Assembly: GCF_009914755.1 (NCBI RefSeq)
Contig: NC_060928.1
DNA from: the human T2T-CHM13v2.0 reference genome, Homo sapiens
DNA: 64,000 bases
Reading direction: 5' to 3' (one strand)
This document shows positions 12,241 through 25,659 of this stretch, in pieces. Positions within the stretch are counted from its first letter, which is position 1. Every line of letters begins with the position of its first letter. The notes beneath the pieces were generated by a model. It was given only the letters and a program-made list of their open reading frames with translations, ran no database searches and was not told the DNA's origin. Both the position numbers and the translations under genes were made by a program.

Positions 12241-12978
12241 CTCACCAACCAAAGGGAGAAGCCAGATTCCCCCTTTCTTATCCTTCCCGTATCATCACCA
12301 GGACTTCTCAGGGGCTCTGAAAGCCTGTGAAAATGAAACCAACTGGACGCAGTACCAATGCCAAACACCATTATTTTCAATATCTCATGGTGCTCTGCAC
12401 CAAGGATTGAATTTTCAAGTGAGATTCACGCTGCCCATGAGTCCTGGGCACAAAGGCCATGTGGCTACTGTTCTGCATCGGGCTATTCACCTGGGGACCC
12501 AAAAGCAGAGCCCTGGAGCCACCCACACCCTGGCCTCCAGGGTTTAGACAGAAATAGAACTTAAGAGACATAGGTTGCTGTCTCTCTTGCCTTTTTGCTC
12601 TTAAAATGAGAAAGGTGACTTATTTTGAGGTGGGGGAGGGATACCCTCTATTCAGAGGAAGTTCCCACATGAACTGCTACATTGTTTCTCTGACTCATTT
12701 TTACTTTTCCTCCCCATTGCTTCCCAGCCCTCCCTTGATGTCTCGGTCTGTTCCAGATGTGGTACAATAGGCTCTTTGTTTACAAGATTGTAATGTGCAA
12801 TAAAATCAGTTATGAGGCCAAGAATAATTTATGCACAAAAAAATAAGGACAGTAAAATTGACATGAATTGTATGTTTTACAGTACTTTTTGATCTGTTAC
12901 ATTCCTGTTGATAGAATTGATAGACACTAGCTAAAAACTTTTAAGTGTTCATAAAACTCTGTTCACATTGGAAGTATA

Positions 12979-12979
<1 letters not shown>

Positions 12980-13010
<31 letters not shown>
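12980..13010 (+). repeat. (CA)15 microsatellite
   Basis: Read directly. Confidence 0.95.
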
Positions 13011-13014
<4 letters not shown>

Positions 13015-13130
13015 ACACAAACAACTCAGGAGCAAAACTTTTTTAAAAGCCTTAAGCAAAATACTGAGTTCTTAATTTTGTTACTGACACAAGCATCCAC
13101 CCAGTCTCACAAGTAAGAAATCTGTAGCTA

Positions 13131-13263
13131 TTTTCTTTTTTTTCTTTCTTTCTGTCTTTGTTTTTAGAGACAGGGTCTCACTCTGCCACCCAGACTGGAA
13201 TACAGTGGCACCATCATAGCTCACTGCAGTCTCGAACTCCTGGGTTCCAGCAATCCTCCCGCC
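13131..13263 (-). mobile_element. 5'-truncated AluJ/FRAM right arm
   Basis: T-rich tail then GAGACAGGGTCTCACTCTG...CATAGCTCACTGCAGTCTCGAACTCCTGGG. Confidence 0.85.
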
Positions 13264-13319
13264 TGGAGTTATTTTCAGTGGGTAAGGCAAGGTTTCATGG
13301 GAAATCATAGACAGTTTGT

Positions 13320-13480
13320 AGCCAAACATGCTTGGCTCTGAATCTCAATCCTATTCACTTCTAGCTAGGAGGTTTTTAAACATCTCAAAGCCTCAGTTAC
13401 TGCATATGAAAAATGGATTTTGGTGAAAATTAAATTAGATAAAGGATAAGCAGAATGTCTGAACACATGTTTGGCAATCA
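13320..13480 (+). mobile_element. MIR
   Basis: GGCTCTGAATCTCA...GCCTCAGTTACTGCATATGAAAAATGG...AATTAAATTAGAT. Confidence 0.6.
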
Positions 13481-13499
13481 GAAAGTTATTTCTCCAACC

Positions 13500-14215
13500 T
13501 CCCTTCCCCAACACACCTCTCAAAACCTTTCTTTTCCATTCTATCACTCAGTTTCATCTCTCCTGGACTACTGCTCTCCGACAGGGTTTTCAGCCTTTTG
13601 TCTACTACTCCTTCAAACCATCCCAAACCTGCTATTACAAACAACATTCAAAAATCAGAAATTTGATCATGGCACTCCCTGTCACAAATCCTCCTATGGT
13701 GATAACATTCAGAACAAATCTGCATTCAGAGAAAGTCCACGTGTCCCCAACCCATCTGTTCAGCCTCAACTCCCCCATGACCACCCCACCCCTGCCCCTT
13801 GAACGACCGCAGCCCCCACGTTCCAGGCACCCAGTCATTGTGAGTGGAGCATGCCATCTGCTCTGGTGCATGGACTCTCACTGCCACTCCTCCGGGATGC
13901 CAGCCCCACTCCACCCCCTCCCATCTGTAGAGATCACTGTCTCCTTCAAGGCTTAGCCCCAGTGCCACTTCCTCTCTGCAACGTTCCCGGATTTCCTCTG
14001 CTGACTCAAGCCTCCACTCATGTGTCTATGCCTTTCTCAAGTTTATTATTTAAACTTTTGTTCTCCAGTTATCCATATCTATGAGGGTCCACCCCCCTAG
14101 ACTCAGTTCCTCCATGACAGAGACCAAATTGTATTCATTTTTACAAACAGTCCTCAAGTTTTATCCTTCCTTGCAAGAAGAAAATAAAACCAAACAGATA
14201 ATTTATTGAACTGAA
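13500..14215 (+). mobile_element. L2 relic
   Basis: CATCTCTCCTGGACTACTGC...TTTGATCATGGCACTCCCT...CTAGACTCAGTTCCTCCATGACAGAGAC. Confidence 0.65.
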
Positions 14216-14449
14216 AGGACAGAATGAGGATAGAAGTAACTAAACAATGCCCCTGTGAATAGAGGCATTTCTTAGTGGAAAAACATATATATGTGTGTGT
14301 ATGTTTGTATAATGTAAAAACGGAGCAAGCCATTCCCAAAGTGCTTCAAATTCTGGCAAAACTAAGATGCACTTAAAATGAAGTCTTAGGTGTATTAAAA
14401 AAAAAAAAGATTTCAAAAACCTCAGCAAACCACAGAGGTATACACCATA

Positions 14450-15005
14450 TGTGGTAGATTAAAAATGACCACAAATTCTTTGATCCTTCTTCCATGGACA
14501 GATGTGTCTATTCCACAACCTGCGTCCACCACTTTTAAAGGTGAGTTGCCTATAACTGCTTGGACCAATCAAGTATGGGAGTGATTTTGAATATGGGAGT
14601 GATATTATGCCATTTCCAAACCTAGTGCTTAATATGACTAACAGTTTTGGCCTTGGTCTCTTGGAACCCTGGGCTTCCCTGTAAGAAATATGAGTACCCT
14701 AATGGAGAAACCACATGGAATGGCTCCAAGGCTCCATGGAGAGGCAGACAGGCCCAGTGGGGAGCTCAGTCTTCCAGGCATCCTTGCCAAGGTGCCAGGA
14801 AGGTGAGTGAAGCCATATTGGATCCTCCAGATCAGAGCAGCCATTGACTGACTAACAGCAAGGGACCAGAGTCGACGCTACATGGAATAGAAGAATCACT
14901 CAGCTGAGCCCTGCTTGAACAAAATCACAGATATAATCAAATAATGGTTGTTTAAGCCGTCAAGTTTTGGTGTGGTTTGCTAGTTAGCAATAGGTAACAG
15001 GAACA
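14450..15005 (+). mobile_element. MaLR solo LTR, MLT1G-like
   Basis: TGTGGTAGATTAAAAATGACCACAAATTCTTTGA start; TTTAAGCCGTCAAGTTTTGGTGTGGTTTG...AGCAATAGGTAACAGGAACA end; TG...CA termini. Confidence 0.85.
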
Positions 15006-15919
15006 CAATTTTAATCCCTTTTGGCCCAGCGTCCTACCCTACCTAATAGAACACTTTTCCTCTAAAGGGAGGAAAGTGGCCTTGTGTAGAATAGAGCTCC
15101 CAAGTCACTGATGGTCTAGTTGAAGGGATGAGAAACTCACCAGGCTCTTGGACAGTTGCAGTTGTAATGCACTTGTGTAATGTATAATACACATTTCTTT
15201 CAGATAAGTTCAGTTTACCCACAGCTGTTCTATCTGTCAACAGATATTGGGGCAAATGTGGTTAATAACTTCAGGAACAATTTGGTAGAATTCTACTCAG
15301 GAAGCCAGGAGACCCTCCATTTCAGTCTTTTACCATCCACATCTCTTGTGTATATGAGGAAGAAATGTTTGTGTCTTCATTTGCCTAGCTATCACATGAA
15401 GAGAAGCATACGTGATACCTCTTAGATCAGTGTAAATTAGAAATGAAATCAGGTTATGGATTGAAAACACCTTCAGTTCCTTGGCCAAAAAAAGGCTAGG
15501 TAAACTCAAGGTACTATCATCATTTTGCAAATATGTTGTTCCACTATATAAAATAGCCTAAATTAGTAAATGCAATTCCACGTGCTGGGTCAGCTGAGCA
15601 TTTTTTTTTTTTTTTTACATTTGCCAGATTCCCCTTGTTTTGTCTTTCTAGCCAATAGAACAACACTAAAATATATGGAGAATTTAACTAACTTTTGAAA
15701 AAGAGATAACACAAGTTAGAACCAGAAGTCATCTGTGCCATAAGTTTGTGTCTTCTAAGAGCCATCAGCCAGGCAAAATGAAGTGGGAAACTTGAAACTT
15801 AACATGTATAAATGATTTGTGTTGTTTTGTTTTAATGCTAAGTACTCAGCAAAAAGCTGAGTTATTAGAAAATGGACACTAGCCTGTGCTTGTGGGCATA
15901 AATTCTCCATCTATGAGAA

Positions 15920-16520
15920 GGCATGAATTGAGGCACTATATTGATTACATTATGTCGTTTATTCTCATACAACTCTCTATTGTAGAAACGATTTCTAGCC
16001 CCATCTTCAAGATGGGAAATGGAAGCCTAGAGAAACTTCATTTTTCTCCTATATTTGTATTTAGCAATTGCTATTGCTGCCATAAGAAAATAACACAGGG
16101 TGGCTTGAACAACAGAAATTTATTTTCTCACAGTTCTGGAGGCTGGAAGTCCAAGATCAAGGTGCCAAGCAAGGCTGGTTTCTCCAGAGGCCTCTATCCT
16201 TGGCTTGCAGATGGCTGCCTCCTATCTGTGTCCTCACATGTGGCCTTTTCTCTGTGCATGCTTATGCCTGATGTCTCTTCCCCTTCTTAAAATGACACCA
16301 GTTATACTGGATTAGGGCCCCACCCTTATGACCTCATTTAACCTTAATTATCTCCTTCAAGGCCCGCCCTCCAAATACAGTCACATTGAGGATTAGGGTT
16401 TCAGCCTATGAATTTTGCAGGCACATGAGTCAGTCCCTAAGAACTCTACAAATCACCAAGCCAGTCAGTGCAGAGCCAGGGTAGACACCCTGGCTCCCTG
16501 CCATTATCTGTGGTCCCCCT
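15920..16520 (-). mobile_element. MIR split by the MLT1B LTR
   Basis: TTTATTCTCATACAACTCT...CCCCATCTTCAAGATGGGAAATGGAAGCCTAGAGA before the LTR; TCACCAAGCCAGTCAGTGCAGAGCCAGGG after it. Confidence 0.65.
16056..16442 (-). mobile_element. MaLR solo LTR, MLT1B-like
   Basis: AACAACAGAAATTTATTTTCTCACAGTTCTGGAGGCTGGAAGTCCAAGATCAAGG...GGATTAGGGCCCCACCC...GACCTCATTTAACCTTAATTA. Confidence 0.9.
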
Positions 16521-17850
16521 GATTACTATCCGTGATGCTTCACCATCCCATCACTGCCTCAGTCTATGTCCAGAGAAAATGGCCTTGTGTAAAATTACTC
16601 ATCACCACCAAGTGAAGAGAATGAAGGCCACAGTAGGAAGTAAAGGAAAGAAGGGAAGCTGAAGCTATAGGAAGACAAATGTAAAATCCAGAAAAACTGA
16701 CACTTAGCAAGGCAGAAAGTGCAGCTCACACCCAAACCTATTCTGTGGCCAAAGACTCCCCTCACCGTCCCCATAATTTGGGCTTTGTTGTAACTGCAAG
16801 AAACTCCCCGACGCCACTCTCAATGGTGAGGAAGGACCACTGCTTGCTCTGCTACTAGAAGTCATTGGCAGGGCACAACTCAATCACATGCTTTTTGCAA
16901 AATTACAAGATAATATACAATTTAATTTTTTCATCAGATTTTTGCAACCAAAAAATTTCAAAGACCTTGGAGTGCTATATAGCTAATAAATGCAATTAAT
17001 AAAGATTTTGTGATCAGCTAAAACAGGTTAAATCCCAAAAAGCAAGACATGGTTTTTCTCCCTCTTTCAGATAATGCAGGGAAGCATCACATATTTATAA
17101 AGCACAAGCTTTCAACTATATTGGATTTTCCTTTTAAAAAGAACAATAATTTAAAGTGGCTTCTAGCAGAGAAATGTTAGGTACATTTAAATGGGTATTT
17201 GTGTTCTGAAAATCCTAATTGGAACTCTTCTATTGTTGTTGTTTATGTGTGTGTTTGTTGTGCTTCTGAGAAAGGGCTGAGGTTCTTTTGTGCATTAGAA
17301 AGCCTTTCATCTAAAATTCCAGTTTCATACAAAATTAAACCGGCATATTGGAGATACAACTTTACAGAAAGCATGAAGACAAACTGAAGTATTGTTTTTA
17401 AAAGACAGGAAAAATCAAAATGGTTTTTCTATGTGAATCATTCTACAACAAATATGAGACACAGCAGGATGGATGTATCTTGGACCAAGATGACATCCGT
17501 GTTGCCCATGACCTGCTGCTTATTACGTCAGCTTCCTGGGCACTGCAAGCTGGTGAAGCCTTACCAGCTAAGCCTAAGACACTGCTAATGAGGTAAAAAT
17601 GCTGCATCACCTTCAGTTGTGTTGGCTACTAGCATATTAAGATCAAAACTGCATTCTTAGCTTCACCAAAGCAGAGACCAAATTTTGGTTTACAAACCAC
17701 CCCATCCTATGTTTCAGGAAATGACTCAAACAAGGGTATTTCTCCACTATTCTCTCAGTAAAGATACAGTACGTGCACTGTTGTACACATCATATCACTC
17801 ACTTCTGTTTTTAATAGAGATGATCATCTGGTATTAAAAATAAATAATAA

Positions 17851-18100
17851 GAACAAGTGTGGTGGCTCAGCCTGTAATCCAGCACTTTGGGAGGCCAAGG
17901 CGGGAGGATCACTTGAGCCCAGGAGTTCAAGAACAGCCTGGGCAACAAATAGAAACCCTATGTCTACAAAAAATTTAAAAAATTAGCCAGGCATGGTGGC
18001 ACATACCTATGGTCCCAATATGCAGGAGGCTGAGGCAGGAGGATTGCCTTAGCTCAGGAGGTCAAGGCTGCAGTGAGCCCTGTCTCAAAAAAAAAACAAA
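17851..18100 (+). mobile_element. AluJ with ~40-bp 3' deletion
   Basis: GGAGGATCACTTGAGCCCAGGAG; GCAGTGAGC joined directly to CCTGTCTCAAAA. Confidence 0.9.
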
Positions 18101-18107
18101 CCTATTT

Positions 18108-18224
18108 TATATATATATATAAAATATATATATATTATATATTATATAATATAATATATGATATAATATATAATATACACGAATGTGTATATACATATAT
18201 AAATGTATGTGTGTATATATATAA
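18108..18224. repeat. AT-rich (TA/TATAA/TG) low-complexity tract
   Basis: Read directly. Confidence 0.9.
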
Positions 18225-18540
18225 TTTTTTTTTTTTTTTGAGAGAAGGTCTTGCTCTGTGGCTCAGGCTGGAGTATACTGGCCCAATCTCAGTTCATTGC
18301 AAACTCCACCTCCTGGGCTCAACCTCCACTTCCTGGGCTCAAGTGATCCTCTTACCTCAGCCTCACGAGAAGCTGGTATTACAGGCACGCAACATCATGC
18401 CCAGTTAATTTTTGTGTTTTTTGTGGAGATGAGGTTTCGCCATGTTGCCCAGGCTGGTCTCAAACTCCTGAGCTCAAGCGATCACCCGCCTCGGCCTTCC
18501 AAAGTGCTGGGATTACAGACATGAGTCACTGCATCTGGCC
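18225..18540 (-). mobile_element. AluJ with internal 20-bp tandem duplication
   Basis: CTCCACCTCCTGGGCTCAA repeated within 18304-18342. Confidence 0.9.
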
Positions 18541-19863
18541 ATAATATATACATTTTTTAAGTACCTTAAATAAAAGAATAAAGGCATCATTATAAAACTT
18601 TAATTTTTTTAAACCAAACCAAAGGGATTTAAAGTTACATATTTTTAATGTGTATTTTAATAGACTGTTAGTGGCACTGTCCTTCATCTGAGATATTAAT
18701 TCAAGGCCTTTTCAGCTTTTCTCCCTAAACTTTCTGAGTGGGCACAGAGGATCCAGAGTGTTTATGTAAGCAGTAAAAGAAAGTCCTGGTATTTCCACCA
18801 GAATCCCCTGCTTAACAGAAATATGTCCCAGCATCCTTATCCTGAAACTCCCTGACTTAGCTGCCACAAAAAGACCCTCCATGTTCCTCAAAGCCACCAC
18901 CCCCATCATGTAACTCAGGCCTGAGAAAATTGTGTCCTATCAAAGAGAAGATGTTGTGCAAAATAAAGTCCTTTTGTGCTAGTGCACATTCTTGGATAAA
19001 ACATCTTATTTGTAACTGGAGAAAAGACATTTTTAAATGGTGATCAAAACAATCATGATACCAGATTTACCCAGCGGTGAATCCAGAGGTTTCATGAGCA
19101 ACTCGACTATCCTGGTCTTAGCCAGACACTTCATTTTAAGTTCTCATCAAGTCTCCTGCTCCTGTGCTACTTTTTTAGAGCTAAACTAAGCCCAGGTAAG
19201 TATCAAGGATTCCCACAGACCTTCTTAGTACCTTATGGAATAAATAGTAGGAATTAAACATGAAAAAACCCAAAGGGTCAGCCCATCCTCTGTCTGACAA
19301 AACAGGATTATTCCCTACAGGGCATTTTCAAGTTAGATCGCACTCATTTTTCTTGTTTACAAAGCCTCGTATTGATAAAGTATAACAAACAGCTGCCTGT
19401 TTAAATAGTTTCACTGAGAAATTAATAAGTGAGCATGTAACTCTGGGAAGTTGCCTGTGGGGGACATGGAGGAAAAAAACAAAATCCTCTTCCCCAGTCT
19501 GGTCAATACACCCATCACACATCAATCAAGTGATGGAGACACTGGCCTGGCCCAGGATAAGGATGCTGGATTCCTGGGATCCTGGTGTGCAAATCACCTG
19601 ATGAAATAACTAGGAGAAAACATTTCTATCCTTAAAAAAATTATAGCTGAATGCGAGGTGGCTATAGCTTTCCAAATTCAAAAGATGTGAAATGAGCCAG
19701 CCTGGTTTTTCTACCTCAATGACTCCTAATCCCACGTTTAGGACTCCTCACTAATAATTCCATCACTCTGCATTATGCTATACACTAGGGGCAGTCATCC
19801 CAAAACGAAGGAATCACTCGTCGTCTTTACTTCAGGAAATTTCTTGGTAAAACTGACTTCAAG

Positions 19864-19887
19864 AAAAAAAAAAAAAAAAAAAAAAAA
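19864..19887 (+). repeat. A24 homopolymer
   Basis: Read directly; no TSD or retroelement body seen. Confidence 0.9.
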
Positions 19888-20617
19888 GAGCCCCTCCTGA
19901 GGCATCTAAAACAATCTGGGGAGAGGAGGCTCAAATTAATTTTCCATTTCCTGTTTTTCCAAAAATCTTTCTCTTTGATTAGACATTCCCTGCTTGGAAG
20001 CAAGGGTAGATTGACTAATCCTTCTAATTAGCCCTGGTTGTCACAGAAATACTCTTTTCCTTCTAATTGCTCTCAACTATCATAAGCCCCCATTCTGGTC
20101 AATGGATTTATAACTCTCCCAAGTAAATTTCCTTACATGATACACATGGTAAACTGCTATATGCTCCTAGTCTTAGAAGCACCAATCCAACAGAAGCATG
20201 CATTTGTGTGTGGGCATGTGTGTGCACACCCACGGAGAAGTGACCATGAAAGTCATGAAGAATCTTCCTTATGCAACTGTGACCTTAACTCTGCTTTCTT
20301 ATTTAAAAAAATCAGTATTTCCAAATACCTCTAAAGTACTAGGATTTAAAATTGTATAGGAATTCATTGCAGCATGGAGACTGCTACACACCAATACTCA
20401 ATTTCATCACTTTTAATGGCTTTAATGTTTACCTTTTTTCTTAATCATTGGTGTTGCAACTACCCAGACTATTTGTAAAGCACTGGCAACCAATCACAGC
20501 TTGAAAGCAATTCACTGATTTTCTTTTCTAGTCTAAAATATGAAGGCTTAGCAAAATCCTGAGATTAATTCTGGAGTAAAACCTGTTAATAAACAAGTTA
20601 GGTTTAAGAAGAGTGGT

Positions 20618-20919
<302 letters not shown>

Positions 20920-21247
20920 AAAGAGTGGTATTTTTATAGAAACAAGAAAATAAAAAAGCAGATAATTTATAAACATTACTGAATGGAGGACCAATCTCCT
21001 TAATGTATATAAACTATATAAACTACACAATGAAAATATATTGGTCAGCGGTTAACACAGAGATTAAATCTGAGTCTAGTTTTCAATCAGTTACTTGGGG
21101 CTTACATCACCATTGAGTCCTTTGACTGTATAAACCTTCCTCATTTTAATGATTTAGATTATTTGTCTAGCACTGATGGGTTACCAGTCTCTTCACCTGT
21201 TCTGTCTGATATGTCCTCTTATTTAGGGTCTCACAGACTATAGATGA

Positions 21248-21572
<325 letters not shown>

Positions 21573-21949
21573 TAGAAAAGACCCCTCAGCCAGAGTGATT
21601 AAAAAAAAAATGACGGTGGGGTGAGCAAATACATATGCTGAGAAAAGGCACCGAGAGGAACAAAAAAGAAATGGGGGAAGAAAAAAACAAAACAAAACAA
21701 AATCTACAGGGAACTACCATGCAAATTAACAACCTCTAGCCTGTAAAGACTTAAAAGGAAATAACCACAACCATCATCTTTGAATCCCCAATCACATATA
21801 TGACAAAAGACATATTGGGCTTGTCCTGCAAACTCTAGAGGATCACTTTATATACCTTTCCCCATCCTCTATCCCTCCCAACCCACCATGTATGCACATG
21901 TGCAAACATACACATGTGGGCCACGGCCTCATTGTTCTATGTCTCTACT

Positions 21950-22445
21950 CATGCTGCCCCTCAGCCTGAAATGCCCTTTCCTCTTCATCTACCTTCAAAT
22001 TATCCTTTTAATAACCTGCTCTACCACAGGCTACTCTTGGGAGCAGGCTGTCCCCTGCTTCGTGCTCCCCAGTACATGTCTATTATGGCACTTAAGCTGC
22101 ACTGTCATCATTTAATGCTTCCCTGAGTCTCCAACAAAACTGTGAGCTCCCTGATGGCAAGGCTGGTCTGTACATTTCTTGAAACCACAGATCAAAGAAA
22201 AACTACAAAGAGTCTGAAGTCAGGCATACCACATTTGAATCTTGGTTTTGTCAAGGATCTTATCTGCGAAATGATAATGGTATATCTACTTTTCAAGATT
22301 ATTGTGGAGATTAAAAGATTTAATGACCTAGCACATACTAGATGCTCAACAAATGTTAGATTCTACTTCCTTCTGATTACCAGGGCCAAGCAAAATTCCC
22401 AGCATTTAGTGTATGTTCAATCCATGTGTGGTGGATTAAACTGAA
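21950..22445 (+). mobile_element. L2 3' region with nested MIR (~22205-22370)
   Basis: TGTGAGCTCCCTGATGGCAAGG (L2); TTGTGGAGATTAAAAGA...GCACATACTAGATGCTCAACAAATGTTAG (MIR). Confidence 0.6.
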
Positions 22446-23769
22446 TCTCTCATACTCTGATCAGTTATATCCCATGGGATATAAGAGTAATCTTTTCACC
22501 TACTCTTGTTAAGTTAAATTTGAATACTGAAGAATATGCCAAAGAAGATAACTTAAGTGAAATGTCAGAAGCTGGGGCCACACTGCCTGACTCAGGGGCC
22601 CTACCAGGAAACAACCACTGCCTCATCTGCTGTGCCTGGCTCTCCAAGGAACACACTGCCCAGCCCAGGATTACTTCTTTTTAAACTTCCTGGTCCCTCT
22701 TTTTTCTCAAGTATAGCATAGATATAGAAACATATTTTCCTTCTTATTTACAAGACTGCATGGCTAAATGAGAACTATAAAGCTAGTTTCAACTTGTTGA
22801 GACAAAGCACCACACACTCACACATACAAGTTACACTTATTGTCTCAACATTTGAAGGTTTCAGTTGAAGGCATTTATCAATGTTTAAAAGAGAAGAGAC
22901 TAAGAAAAGAGAGAAGAAAAAAAGAGGAAAGGGGAGGTGTGATAACTATGCTTGACAAAAAGGAACCCCTCCACAGTTGAAGGTATCCTCCTACATTCAA
23001 GTAGATGTAGTCCAGTATGCATAACAGACTACAACTCTATACTCTATGCAGTAGTTACAGTGCCCTATTGGAATTTCATGATAATGATTTCTTATACTTC
23101 TCACTAGCAAAAATTCAGGGGTGCTCTCTGGAAAAAGGAGGACTGAAACCTCTTTCAGAGTGCAGAACTAGTTCCCTAGCCCCCAAGCAAAGCTTCTAGA
23201 CCACACGGTGTCTCCTTGCCTCCTCTGAAGCTACTGCATTAACACATTAGATCAAGGGGGAAGCAGAAAGGCATCGTGTTAACCATGTGTATGCAGACAG
23301 CCACGCAACACCCAGAAACGATTTCTTCTTTTAATAGTCCACTTTCATCTTATTAATAAAAAGTAACTCCTACTTCTTCAGAATCTCCTAGAGCTTATAA
23401 CAGAAAGCTTTCCTTCAACTAGGCTTGCTTTTCTCCAGCTGATCCTATAAACACTGCTGGCAATTTTTTCCCCAATGCCTCTAACATATTTTCACTTAGC
23501 ACCAGTTTGATGTATAAGATCTGACAGCCCGGCAGTTATAGGCCACCTGCATCACTGTCGCCATGACAACAGTGAAAGACAATCCATGATCCCATGCCCT
23601 GGTCACACGTTTCAATACAGCTTATCTGTCCAAAGCCACTGAGTCTAATGGAAGAGAGTAATTACCATCTTCCACTCATTGTCAAAATTCCCACCATATA
23701 ATGCTCTTCAAAATTATTTTATTCCTCTCACATGGCTGCTTTGCAAAAACTAAAAGGAATCTTAAGTGG

Positions 23770-24230
23770 AAAACGGGGTGGGTGGGAGAAAGAGGAGGCT
23801 GTGACTGGTATAAGTGGAGCCGCCTGTGCGTGAACTGTCCCTTTGCAGCCAACGAATGCACCAGCCAGCAAGAAGGATACATGAACAACTCTAGTTCAGC
23901 GATGATCATCTCAAGATTTTTTAAAATTTGAGTAAGGAAATCAGACGGTAAAATGTCCTAGTTTTTGGCCTATTCTAAAGGCATTTCATTACTACCAACA
24001 AAACGCTTGCACAGGGGCAATGAGCCCCCTACGACTGCATGCAGCAGGCACAGCGACACTGCACAGTGCAACGGTTCAGGCAAGTGGAAAGGGGGAAACG
24101 GCAGATGCCTTCCACACGAACACTTTACCTATCGTCGTTTTTCCAGCATTCTTCACACCTTTCCTTCACGCTCTAATAATAAGATGGATACGCTCTAATA
24201 ATAAGATGGCTACCTGACTGTCCGGCATTT
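23770..24230. promoter_or_regulatory. CpG-retaining unique block, candidate enhancer
   Basis: ~17 CpG in ~460 bp (hand count) in non-repeat sequence. Confidence 0.4.
24168..24211 (+). repeat. 22-bp tandem duplication
   Basis: ACGCTCTAATAATAAGATGGAT / ACGCTCTAATAATAAGATGGCT. Confidence 0.95.
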
Positions 24231-25659
24231 GCATTCAGTACTGCATATTCCTGGTGGTGGGTACAACCCCATCTTTGAGCAAAGTCTCATTCATGCAGTA
24301 TTAAAAAGTGAACTTTGACCAGCAAACACTTTCTGTGGAAAAAAGCCTTGTGGAGAAAAGTACTTACAGGAAAGAGTAATTAAATTTAAAGGCAACATTC
24401 AAAGTCACATGGACTTGAAAAGCAAACTACAAAAAGCAAAAAATGGACAAAAGGGCACAGAGAAAGATAACCCTCCGGGTGCAGGCAGCTCAAATCCTAG
24501 TAAGACTGCTCCACCCTTCTTGAATGTCAGTCATTTCCACAGGAACAAAATCGTGCCCATTATCCACTCCCTAACTACCAATAAAGTTACATGAAGTGGT
24601 ACCTAGCTTTGTGGTTAGCATAAAATATCCTAGTAAGAAAAAATAAGCAATTTCATATGATGGAATACATACCAACCCATGAAAGGACAAGAGTGATGTA
24701 ATTTTTTAGAAAGTATAAATAATGAATTCTTAGATTAGTATTTGTGCACCTGTCAGAATGGGCCCGAAATGTTTTATTTATGGCTAAATCCTAAAAACCA
24801 CAGCCATAAAACATTTAACCAGCTGTCAGCACATTATAGTCATGAACTGACACTACCTATGCTATGTATTAAACATGGCATAGCACAATAATTAAACAAC
24901 ATTATTGTACATTATACAACAAACAAGGAAAGCCTGATTAGCCAAAGGCCTCTGTAACACAGCCACGTTAATTATTTGGTGGCTGCTGGATGGGCCTTTT
25001 TATCTTTTTCTTGATCACCTTGGGCCACCTCCTTGTTCATTAGCAGTCCTCAGAGGAGGCTGGAAAAAGACAGTATGAGATGCAACTGAGGATTAGCCTA
25101 CTAATGGAAAAATTCAATAGTTTGCATCATTTTCTACAGGAAATCACAGATAGAGATGCGTGCAAACACATGGATGTTCAGTCATCTTTGGTTAACATGG
25201 CCAATCCAGGACTAGAACATTCCAATCAATCCTGCCAATTTATAACACTTCAATGAAGTATTTTCATATAATTGTGTGTGGATTTCACTTAGTCATCCTA
25301 GCTTTGTCCCCTTCCCCTTATAGTGGAATTTGATAAACATCATTTAGGTAACAAGGGCTAGATAAATATAAATGATTTGATAGAATAGAGCTGGAAAACT
25401 CAAGTTGCCATTGGTAAAGGAATTTCCTGTTACTCACCCCTACTGTGGGAGAATACCCCACTTGTAACTTGTCTTCTGTAATCTTCATTTAAAAGGAATA
25501 TTTCTCCTATACCACCTCAAAGAGCAAACTTTGTAAACTGGCTCAGAAACCTCCTCTTAACCCAAAGCTTCCACAATCAATGGAAAGAGTGGAAGTATTT
25601 GTTCTCCTCTTCCAGCTTGCCATGTCAGTGGCCCCAACCCTCACCCTTGCCCTCCTCAG

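Noticed and set aside
13471-13956. 161-aa Pro-rich ORF
   Set aside because: Lies in a C-rich degenerate L2 relic; compositional artefact.
15886-16290. 134-aa ORF
   Set aside because: Reads through MIR and MLT1B sequence.
19864-19887. Solo A24 (and A20 at ~39927) as possible poly(A)-only retro-insertions
   Set aside because: No flanking TSD seen; treated as simple homopolymers.
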